Positions 56,564-64,000 of a stretch of 64,000 nucleotides of DNA are shown here, piece after piece. Below the pieces are notes generated by a model, which saw only the letters and a program-made list of their open reading frames with translations, had not been told where the DNA came from and searched no databases. Numbering within the stretch: the stretch's first letter is position 1; every line of letters starts with the position of its first letter. This DNA is from Desulfurococcaceae archaeon (GTDB taxonomy: Archaea > Thermoproteota > Thermoprotei_A > Sulfolobales > Desulfurococcaceae), in the NCBI GenBank assembly GCA_038888155.1, contig JAWAJB010000001.1, positions 417,954 through 481,953 on the forward strand. Direction: 5' to 3'. A program made the position numbers and the translations under genes.

Positions 56564-57618
56564 ATAATCACCTTTTCACTCGTCACAAGTGTCTCTAAAT
56601 TATCTGCTCTTATTAATAAAATCTTGTCGCCTCTTTTTAGCGCCGCTGATCTACCCCCAAGCTTAATGCTCCTAGTGGCGCCAGTGTTCGCCTCTCTCAC
56701 TGTAACGTAGTCTTCCTCTATGCTTTCAACAACTAGGTCCTCGCGCTCTACGCGCGTGGGCTTCCTAAGCAGCCCACACCAGTAGCTATTAACGTCTACG
56801 CTCTCATATGAGTCTGTATCGGGGAGCCAAATAGCAAGCCTCCTCCCTCGCGGCGAATCTAGAATAATGCAAATCCTCTCCCTGTACAGAGCTACTTCGC
56901 CTTTGCTGAACACTGGTATCTTCACGGAGTACGTAGTTATTCCTACCCACTTCCCTGCCCTTGCGTTAAACTTAGTAGACTTAAATGAGCTACTTACATG
57001 AGCTGCGTACTTCTTCACCATGCTTTCTACGGCTTTCCTCGCAACTGCTCCGTCGTCGAGCTCTAAATCTATCCCCTCTTTAGTTACCTTTAAGTCTACA
57101 ATTGCCTCGCCTGCAGCATCGAGTAAAGACGCCTCTACATCTCTCAAGAGGCCCTTTGGCGCACTGTCCTCTGCGAACCTAACTTGAATGAGGTAGCTGT
57201 ACTTGCCAGCAGCCTTAGCCGAGCACCGCTCGCAGATCTTCTGAGCTCTCTTAGCCTCTGCAGTGTAGTTGAAGGCCAGCACCTTGTTTTCAACAACTAC
57301 GTTGAGCTCGAACTCAACCTTAAGGGTATTGCCTACACCCTGCTCCCAGTTAATTACGTGAACGGCCTGAAGCTCTACTCCTTCAATGAGGTTCTTTCTC
57401 ACTTCGCTGCTCAGCGCTACTTCAAGCATCTCTGTCTCTATGGACGGCGGGTTCCACTCGCCTTTGTGTAGCCAGGATCCGCACCTTGGGCAGGTAACTA
57501 CTTTGACTTCAGGCACTCGCCTCAGGACCTGCACTCTCTGCTTAAAGCAGTCTACGCAGTAACCCCTGATCAACTCTTCTCTTGGGAGAGCTCGGCCGCA
57601 GTTTACGCAAAACCACAT
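56560..57618 (-). CDS. nmd3: NMD3-family ribosome biogenesis protein
   Basis: Four CxxC pairs, LIQVR; sits in the aIF2beta-DUF424-NMD3-aIF1A cluster. Confidence 0.85.
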   Translation of the reverse strand: MWFCVNCGRALPREELIRGYCVDCFKQRVQVLRRVPEVKVVTCPRCGSWLHKGEWNPPSIETEMLEVALSSEVRKNLIEGVELQAVHVINWEQGVGNTLKVEFELNVVVENKVLAFNYTAEAKRAQKICERCSAKAAGKYSYLIQVRFAEDSAPKGLLRDVEASLLDAAGEAIVDLKVTKEGIDLELDDGAVARKAVESMVKKYAAHVSSSFKSTKFNARAGKWVGITTYSVKIPVFSKGEVALYRERICIILDSPRGRRLAIWLPDTDSYESVDVNSYWCGLLRKPTRVEREDLVVESIEEDYVTVREANTGATRSIKLGGRSAALKRGDKILLIRADNLETLVTSEKVII

Positions 57619-57619
57619 C

Positions 57620-57943
57620 TTAAAACCTCGTGAAGAAAGCGACTAACACGTCCCCTATGCGGAGAACAGCGTCGGCGTGAACTAGCCTTGCCTTTATAGC
57701 CGCCTCAACGGCATTTTTACCTACTAAGTTCGCTGTAGTAGCACTGCTGAGTATTTCAGCGAGAGACTCCGCGTCCCTCAATTCGCCCTTGAAAAATGCG
57801 GGGTCTATATACAGGCGTAAGTTCCTTTGGCGATCTTCTATGAGGCTCCCCACTAGCTCCTCGTCGCAGGCTGCAACTACGATATCTTTTCCAGACCTGT
57901 AGGCCTTCACGTACACCCTAGCGGGGTTGTCCATTGTAACCAT
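57620..57943 (-). CDS. DUF424 family protein
   Basis: VAACDEELVG, FFKG, ANLVG. Confidence 0.9.
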   Translation of the reverse strand: MVTMDNPARVYVKAYRSGKDIVVAACDEELVGSLIEDRQRNLRLYIDPAFFKGELRDAESLAEILSSATTANLVGKNAVEAAIKARLVHADAVLRIGDVLVAFFTRF

Positions 57944-57950
57944 CTTCGCC

Positions 57951-58385
57951 TCAAAGGGCTTGGAACGTGGACTCAGCTCCGCAGGCTTCGCACTTCAGCG
58001 CGAAGATCTTCCCTTTCTTGGTTAGCTCTGTGTGCACAGAGTTGCAGGTAGAGCATTTAACGTATTTCTGCACGAACCTCTCGAGTAGTTGATTTATAGC
58101 AGTAGCGTTAAATTTGCCTCTGAGCTCGAGCTGCCCCGCTTCATTAACAGAGCCTGGCACGTTCAGCTCCCTAGTGAAGTACCTCTTGAGGAGCTCTTCG
58201 TCCCTGCTCAGCAGCTGGGCTATATCCCTGAAGTTCTGGATTATTGTTTTGCCCCCAATGACGAGAACACCTGCTTTCGGCATCTCGAAGACCTCGCCGG
58301 AGCCCTTCCTACCTGCTAGCTTTACGTGAGCTCTCTCGAGCAAGTCCCCGTAGCTGTACTCTCTTATGCTCTTCAATAGAAACAC
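57951..58385 (-). CDS. eif2b: translation initiation factor 2 subunit beta
   Basis: KTIIQNF, YVKCSTC..T.L..LKCEACGA. Confidence 0.93.
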   Translation of the reverse strand: MFLLKSIREYSYGDLLERAHVKLAGRKGSGEVFEMPKAGVLVIGGKTIIQNFRDIAQLLSRDEELLKRYFTRELNVPGSVNEAGQLELRGKFNATAINQLLERFVQKYVKCSTCNSVHTELTKKGKIFALKCEACGAESTFQAL

Positions 58386-58463
58386 CCAGCGAATTCCCAG
58401 CTTATTTTATGTTAAATAAGAGAGACTATTATACGTTTTAGATAACTTACAGGAGCAGCGACT

Positions 58464-59750
58464 ATGCCTATGCGGGTGTACATTGAAACATACGGGTGCG
58501 CGCTGAATAAGAGCGACGAGTCCCTGATGCGAGTTACCTTAGCACACCGGGGTCACAAAATAGCTGACACGCTAGAGGAAGCAGATGTAGTAGTCTTGAA
58601 CACGTGCACTGTTAGGCTCGATACTGAGTATAGGGTGCTAAGCAGGATAAAGGAACTCAGTAAAGTATGTAGAGAAGCGAATAAGAAGCTCATTGTAGCT
58701 GGATGTATGGCAAAAGCACAACCCTACACTGTGAGCACTGTAGCGCCAGAAGCCTCGCTAGTTTCCCCCCAAGACGCCCACATGATATACATTGCAGTTG
58801 AAAACCCCGGTAGAGTGCTCTTGCTCAGCGGAAGGAGGAAAAGGGATCTCATTGCCATCTGCGCTGGTAGTAGCGTAGTTCCTGTGCCTATACAAGAGGG
58901 TTGCTTGGGCAACTGTAGCTTCTGCATAGTAAAGCACGCTAGAAGAGAGCTAGTCAGCCACAGCGTTGAAGCCGTAGTAAGCGCCGTCAAGAGAGCAGTT
59001 GAAGGAGGAGGCGTAGAAGTAGAGCTGACAGGTATGGATCTAGGTGTATACGGAGTTGACATATACGGGAAGCCAGCTCTACCAGCTCTCTTAAGGGAAA
59101 TAGAGAGCAACGTTAAGGGGAAGTACATGATTAGAGTTGGGATGATCAATCCTGAGTACCTCAAGTTCATGCTCGGAGACTTAGTTGAGGCAGTTAGGGA
59201 ATCCAGTAGGGTGTTCAAGTTTTTCCACATTCCTCTACAGTCCGGTAGCGAAAGAGTTCTGAAGCTTATGGGCAGGAGGTATACAGTTGATGAGTACATA
59301 GGCTACGTAAGAGAAATAAAAGGCAAAATACCAGACGTCAGTATAGCCACAGACATTATAGTTGGCCACCCCGGTGAGAGCGAGGAGGACTTCGAGGAGA
59401 CAATCAAAGTTATCCAGGAGCTGGAGTTCGAGAGAGTCCACCTTGCTGGCTACACCATTAGGCCCTTAACTCTCTCTGCATCTATGCCGCAACTAGACAC
59501 TAAGGTAAAAAGGGAGAGAGTTAAGAGGGCTCTCGAAGTTATCGTCGACTTAGGTCTGAGGATCAGGAGGAAGTACCTTCAGTCTACCGTTAAGGGGTTC
59601 GTAACTGAGAGGACAAGCACTTGGGTTGCTAGGCTCCCGAACTACATACCAGTAATTGTCAAGGACAACACTGCACTGGAGTACGGTTCGTGGGTAAACG
59701 TGCTCATCGATGAGATAACCTTTTACGATATAAGAGGCCACTTAGTCTAG
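58464..59750 (+). CDS. tRNA ms2t6A37 methylthiotransferase (archaeal MtaB/CDKAL1-type radical SAM)
   Basis: ETYGC, NTCTV, GC, CLGNCSFC, QSGS, DIIVGHPGE, TRAM-like C-terminus. Confidence 0.92.
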   Translation: MPMRVYIETYGCALNKSDESLMRVTLAHRGHKIADTLEEADVVVLNTCTVRLDTEYRVLSRIKELSKVCREANKKLIVAGCMAKAQPYTVSTVAPEASLVSPQDAHMIYIAVENPGRVLLLSGRRKRDLIAICAGSSVVPVPIQEGCLGNCSFCIVKHARRELVSHSVEAVVSAVKRAVEGGGVEVELTGMDLGVYGVDIYGKPALPALLREIESNVKGKYMIRVGMINPEYLKFMLGDLVEAVRESSRVFKFFHIPLQSGSERVLKLMGRRYTVDEYIGYVREIKGKIPDVSIATDIIVGHPGESEEDFEETIKVIQELEFERVHLAGYTIRPLTLSASMPQLDTKVKRERVKRALEVIVDLGLRIRRKYLQSTVKGFVTERTSTWVARLPNYIPVIVKDNTALEYGSWVNVLIDEITFYDIRGHLV

Positions 59751-59804
59751 TGAGCTGAGCCAAGAGACATGAGAGGTTTAGCAAGTTGCTCGCAGCTGTA
59801 CTCC

Positions 59805-60566
59805 CTAGGCACTCCCATATCCTCTAATTTTGTGCGCGAACTCGGGGCCCCTAGCCAACACTAGCAACAAGCACCCAGGATGTAGCTCTATCTCTGGGCT
59901 GGGGGTGTGGAATTCAACTCCATCGAATACTGCTAGCACGTGCACATCAACCTCATCGAAGCGCATCTCCCCCAACTTGTGGCGAGCGGCAGCGTCTCCC
60001 TCAGCTATTGTAACAGCGAATAGCCTATACCCTAGAATGCTGGTCGACGAAATCTCTGCGGGCTCTGTGAAGGAGAGCAACACCTGCCTTAGCAAGCTTG
60101 CCGCGATCTCGGATTTAACGACGGGGATGCCAAGGCCGAGCTCCCTTGTTAGCCTTGCCACCTCGCGCTTCCTAAACAAGCCCACTCGAATAGGTATTCG
60201 GCGCGATTTAGCTAGAGCTAAGGCTAAAAAGTTCTTCTCGTCCTTGTTAGTTAAAGCTAAAAATACATTGAATCGCTTCGCGTTAAAATCCCTTCTTAGC
60301 AACGCACTGGTAACGTCGTCTTCTACGAAGCTGATGTCGTGAGCTCCACTGATAGTGCGCCTCTCAATAGTTCTACCTCCAATGACGATAGCCTCCTCTA
60401 ATATATCGCTGGCGAGCAAATCGCTTAGTAAAGCTTCAACGGCTTCATCAGAGCCAACAATAAGCGCTTTTAACTTGCCCGAACTACTACTTAGCGCTGA
60501 CGCCGACTTCAGTGTGAAGTTGTAGACGCTGCTCATAAAGTTCGAAAGCGCTGATGCAACGCTCAT
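59805..60566 (-). CDS. TrkA/RCK domain protein (degenerate nucleotide-binding motif)
   Basis: ALTNKDEKN..A.LAK and TrkA_C-like PSPEIELHPG; GxGxxG not intact. Confidence 0.7.
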   Translation of the reverse strand: MSVASALSNFMSSVYNFTLKSASALSSSSGKLKALIVGSDEAVEALLSDLLASDILEEAIVIGGRTIERRTISGAHDISFVEDDVTSALLRRDFNAKRFNVFLALTNKDEKNFLALALAKSRRIPIRVGLFRKREVARLTRELGLGIPVVKSEIAASLLRQVLLSFTEPAEISSTSILGYRLFAVTIAEGDAAARHKLGEMRFDEVDVHVLAVFDGVEFHTPSPEIELHPGCLLLVLARGPEFAHKIRGYGSA

Positions 60567-60710
60567 AACTGGTGCCTCACCCCTAAATTGGATATTGATT
60601 GTTTAAAAGGAGCGTTCCTCGCTACTGTTGCCGCCTCCTAGTACCTAGCTGATAGGCAGGGTAGGCCATTGGGCCCATCAAAATCAGGGGGCTCTGGCGC
60701 AATCGTTTCT

Positions 60711-61850
60711 CTATAACTCTACTTTAAACTTGAGTATGCCCCCTATTCCCTCAAATGTCTTGTTGAACCAATCAGCTTCGGGCATATCTTTGCTTAAGAC
60801 AACTACCTTTAACCCCCGGCTTGAGGCATCCCTTAGCCAGCTTTCAATATCGCCTCTGGACTCGCTCACCAGCAATACCTTCAAAAGGCCTTGGTCTGCC
60901 GCTAACTTGACTTCCTCCTCTCCGTAGACAACAAGCCCATCGTCCTTTGCGAGGTGATACTTAAACTCCTCGAGGTACTTTAGGGACTCAGCGTACTCGC
61001 TCTCCTCAAGCAGGTCTCCAGCCTTCATGATAAGCTCTCTGAGCCCTACCTCACCTTGGTAGGATACGTCAATTAGCTCAGAGGAAGTTACTTGCTTCAA
61101 CCTGTAATCTAGGTAGTTTCCTTGGACGAAATCCTGCTTAGCGTACCCTGGCCCCCCTATAATGATTTTCTTCAGCTTGCCCTGCTCTAGGAGGGGGAGA
61201 AATACGTTGTTTGTGTGCTCCCCTACTTTCTTGTAGAACTCCTCAACCATTTGCTCTATTATTCTGTCAAATCTTCTCTGGCTCTGCCCACCTTTGTGGT
61301 GCTTGCCCGGGATATACCCCTCGAGCTCGTCTACTACCTCCAGCCTGTTTCCCTTAAGCAACCCTATTGTTGCTTCATCTCTCTCTATGATCAGCAGCCC
61401 TACAACATTGCTCTCGGAGACCATTTCCTCGAGGAACTCAGTGTGAAAGGTTTTATCTGTCCTATAGAAGAAAACTGTTACTTTCTCGGGCGGCACAAGC
61501 ATTAGCGTTATTGTTTCGCCAGTATCGGGGTCCATCCCCGCGAATAGCGCGAGACCGTTCTCAGGGATTTTGGGGATCTTGCTAACTCTATCGTAGGCTA
61601 CGCTTAGAGCCCAAGTCACTGCAGTTCTCGTCTTCTTCAGCTTTATGTTCTCAGCAACTGAGATCTCCTGCCGTAATAGGGATAGCACATCGCTTATGGG
61701 CCTACCTGGTGGAACGTATAGGCTAAGTAGGACAGTCGCGTGGGCTCTCCAGTTCGAGAGCTCTTTTATTATTTCGCGCAGCATCTGCTTATCTACTTTT
61801 AGCTTATCTACTTGCTCCTCGCTGTAGCTAAAAACCCATAGCCTCATCAC
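60711..61850 (-). CDS. prf1: peptide chain release factor aRF1
   Basis: LSLYVPP, NIK, YRTD..F, KGGQSQRRF. Confidence 0.96.
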   Translation of the reverse strand: MMRLWVFSYSEEQVDKLKVDKQMLREIIKELSNWRAHATVLLSLYVPPGRPISDVLSLLRQEISVAENIKLKKTRTAVTWALSVAYDRVSKIPKIPENGLALFAGMDPDTGETITLMLVPPEKVTVFFYRTDKTFHTEFLEEMVSESNVVGLLIIERDEATIGLLKGNRLEVVDELEGYIPGKHHKGGQSQRRFDRIIEQMVEEFYKKVGEHTNNVFLPLLEQGKLKKIIIGGPGYAKQDFVQGNYLDYRLKQVTSSELIDVSYQGEVGLRELIMKAGDLLEESEYAESLKYLEEFKYHLAKDDGLVVYGEEEVKLAADQGLLKVLLVSESRGDIESWLRDASSRGLKVVVLSKDMPEADWFNKTFEGIGGILKFKVEL

Positions 61851-61942
61851 GCACCTGTAGTTGCTTTACGGACTATGTTTTAAGCACTAAATCCCTTAAA
61901 TACGTTAATTTTTAGTGTGGGCTCACCTCTTTACATTGGGGA

Positions 61943-62914
61943 GTGAAGCTAGTGAACAGCGTTGTGCCCAAGGAGGTCTTCAAGAAGGCGCTCGTAGTTG
62001 CTTTAATTGTAGTTGCCGTGCTCTTGCTGTACTCATCCTTAATGAACACGGGATTGCCTAGCTTCTCCGCGCACAGCTTAGCAGCGTCTTTAGCGATTTT
62101 CATGGCTGGCTGGCTTGTGTCAGCTATTAGGTTAAAGATGCTGGTGAGAGCTTGCGACCCCGCCTCTAGCTGCTCCTTCAGGACGTTCGTTGAGGCGAGG
62201 TTTCTAGGTGAACTTCTAGCTAGAATAACTCCCTCTTCAATTGGGGGCGAGCCCGCGAGGGCATACCACATTTCGCGCAACACGAAGTTGGGATACTTAG
62301 AGGCATATATGCTCACGCTGTACGAAGTCTACTTCGATGTAGTGCTTACCTGCTTAATGGGGGCTATTGTAAGCGTTCCATACCTCCCGCTGAGCTTGCC
62401 TGTATTGCTCGTTTCAATACTTACAGCATTTGCATGGGTTCTCGCCTTTAATTTAATTGATAGAATTAAAGTTCGCAGAGAAATCAGCGGCAACAGCCGC
62501 ATGGGAAGGCTCCTGCGCAACGAGCGCTTGAACAAACTAGTAGGCTACATTAAGACATCTAGAACATACTACGCAGAAATTCGCTCCAAAGTAAAAGCAA
62601 GCCGCGTGATCCTAGCTTGGCTACTGACCGCTTTAGTTCACGTGCTCTGGGGCCTCTCAGTTGTCCCGCTTATAGTGGATAGGTACGGAGGCTCGGTCAG
62701 CCCCTTGACTGCATTAAAGGAAGGCGTTTCGGCGTACTTCTTGATGCAGGCAATAAGCATAATCCCCACGCCAGGGGGAAGTGGAGTAGCCGAGTATGGG
62801 CTAACTCTTGTCTTGGCGCCAGATATCGTTGTAGCGTACAGGGGAATATACTACTTTATACCTCTAGCTATAGGCTTAGCAGTTTCACTGAAGTACCTTA
62901 GGGAGAAAGGCTAG
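61943..62914 (+). CDS. UPF0104 / lysylphosphatidylglycerol synthase TM-domain flippase-like protein
   Basis: ITPSSIGGEPAR and PTPGGSGVAE motifs; multiple TM helices. Confidence 0.88.
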   Translation: MKLVNSVVPKEVFKKALVVALIVVAVLLLYSSLMNTGLPSFSAHSLAASLAIFMAGWLVSAIRLKMLVRACDPASSCSFRTFVEARFLGELLARITPSSIGGEPARAYHISRNTKLGYLEAYMLTLYEVYFDVVLTCLMGAIVSVPYLPLSLPVLLVSILTAFAWVLAFNLIDRIKVRREISGNSRMGRLLRNERLNKLVGYIKTSRTYYAEIRSKVKASRVILAWLLTALVHVLWGLSVVPLIVDRYGGSVSPLTALKEGVSAYFLMQAISIIPTPGGSGVAEYGLTLVLAPDIVVAYRGIYYFIPLAIGLAVSLKYLREKG

Positions 62915-62921
62915 AGCAGCT

Positions 62922-63110
62922 TTACTTTGAGGGAGTAGCTGCCTTAGGCCCCGCTTTAAGCACTTTCTTTGGCCTCAGCGTGCCCTTAGACTTGCACCTC
63001 CGGCACTTAGTTGCCCCGGGCGGGTTCAGCGCCCCGCACTTCCTGCACACGTATTTATTCAGTATCCTTGCCTGCACTATTTTGAGCAGCTCTGGGTCAG
63101 TTATTGGCAT
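62922..63110 (-). CDS. rpl40e: 50S ribosomal protein L40e
   Basis: [23 protein letters not shown]. Confidence 0.96.
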   Translation of the reverse strand: MPITDPELLKIVQARILNKYVCRKCGALNPPGATKCRRCKSKGTLRPKKVLKAGPKAATPSK

Positions 63111-63170
63111 CTCTAACTACCTCACATTATACATCTACTTCAGCAAAAAGCCTTTAAATACTTGCTTCCC

Positions 63171-63728
63171 TCAGATCTCCAGGCCAACGCCCCTCAGCCT
63201 CTCGCGGATAGTCTCCCTCTCATCTTCCATATAAAGGGAAATAGCCCACTCTACTAGCTTTAAATTTAGACCTCTTCGCTTAAGCTCTCCGAGGCGCTTT
63301 CTGAGCTTGTCTAGGTCCACTCCCTGCCTTGCCTTGAGGACTACGTAGTGCTCTGGCTTAATGGCCTTTAGCTTAACTCCATCAATCCTGTGCTCCTGCG
63401 CGTCCTCGACTATATCCTCGGGTATTTCTATATCCATATAGTTTTCGTAGAGCTCTACAGCTACTAGCCCTTCGCTGAGGGGGACTACAAGTGCGGGAGT
63501 CCCTATCTCTGTTGCCGCGAGCTCCCAGCTCTTCCTCTCCGCTATCTCGCGGTAAAATTCCCTCTCCACGAGGGGGCTGGGGCTCAGCACAAACAGGTCA
63601 ATGTCGCCCTCTAGCTCGCTGAGACCCAGCGCTAGCTGAACAACAGTGTCGCCTATTACAACTGCCTCTACGCCCTCTGCTTCGAGCTCCCTGTAAATCT
63701 CAGCGAGCTCCTGCTTTTTGTACCTCAA
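63171..63728 (-). CDS. nucleotidyltransferase-family protein
   Basis: VIGD..GDIDLF, PEHYVVLKAR. Confidence 0.8.
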   Translation of the reverse strand: MRYKKQELAEIYRELEAEGVEAVVIGDTVVQLALGLSELEGDIDLFVLSPSPLVEREFYREIAERKSWELAATEIGTPALVVPLSEGLVAVELYENYMDIEIPEDIVEDAQEHRIDGVKLKAIKPEHYVVLKARQGVDLDKLRKRLGELKRRGLNLKLVEWAISLYMEDERETIRERLRGVGLEI

Positions 63729-63796
63729 CTTGTTACACCCAATCTAAGAGTCTACGTTAGAGAATAATAAAGGGGAATACAGTAACCACCACCTAG

Positions 63797-64000
63797 GTGG
63801 TTCAAATTTTTAACGCTGAGAGGGCAGTGAAGCTACAACATGCTCTAGCTAGTGCTGTTTTGAGCGAGCTAGAGGCTACGCCTCCGTTGAACCTGAGCGA
63901 TGTGCGCTACGTAGCGGCATTCGACTCATCTTATAGAGGGGATATTCAGTACGCTGCCGTAGTTGTCTACGACCTCAAAAACGCCAGCGTTGTTGAAAAG
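63797..64000 (+). CDS. nfi: endonuclease V (runs off window edge)
   Basis: Manual translation: MVQIFNAERAVKLQHALA..VRYVAAFDSSY..YAAVVVYD, matching the EndoV N-terminus (A..Q..L and D.SY). Confidence 0.75.
   Translation, partial: MVQIFNAERAVKLQHALASAVLSELEATPPLNLSDVRYVAAFDSSYRGDIQYAAVVVYDLKNASVVEK

Noticed and set aside
60600-60705. GC-rich intergenic segment with CTGA and TTGATGG words on the minus strand
   Set aside because: The C/D box set is incomplete and no convincing target or fold was found.

Overview
Gene-dense chromosomal window from a hyperthermophilic crenarchaeon. Reverse gyrase, two Alba genes, a stand-alone 5S rRNA and BHB tRNA introns suggest Desulfurococcales, which is an inference. 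Most of it is core information-processing genes (trpS, tyrS, map, tsr3, rgy, xpb, nob1, fen, cdc48, truD, pth2, EF-1beta, rio1, aIF-1A, nmd3, aIF-2beta, MtaB-type methylthiotransferase, aRF1, L40e, endonuclease V). RNA genes are five tRNAs (three with introns), 5S rRNA and RNase P RNA. No CRISPR array, transposase or integrase was seen. The main observations not explained by the ORF track are: (1) a candidate replication origin at about 31.68-31.95 kb, with ORB-like boxes around an AT-rich tract and no orc1/cdc6 gene nearby; (2) two intergenic double-guide box C/D sRNAs, one with both guides matching the tRNA-Glu encoded in this window and one matching adjacent 16S segments; (3) a tRNA-Trp intron carrying antisense guides to its own splice junctions; (4) a five-gene CstA / small protein / Cys-less Get3-ArsA-type ATPase operon; (5) two mtnA paralogs, one with an altered active-site region, that share identical DNA tracts, with similar identical tracts inside cdc48 and the surface-protein gene; (6) a tandem ribbon-helix-helix gene pair, a DUF1512 protein with YyaC/GPR-like peptidase motifs, and a truncated TFS paralog. 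All family assignments come from motif recognition by eye; no database searches were run.
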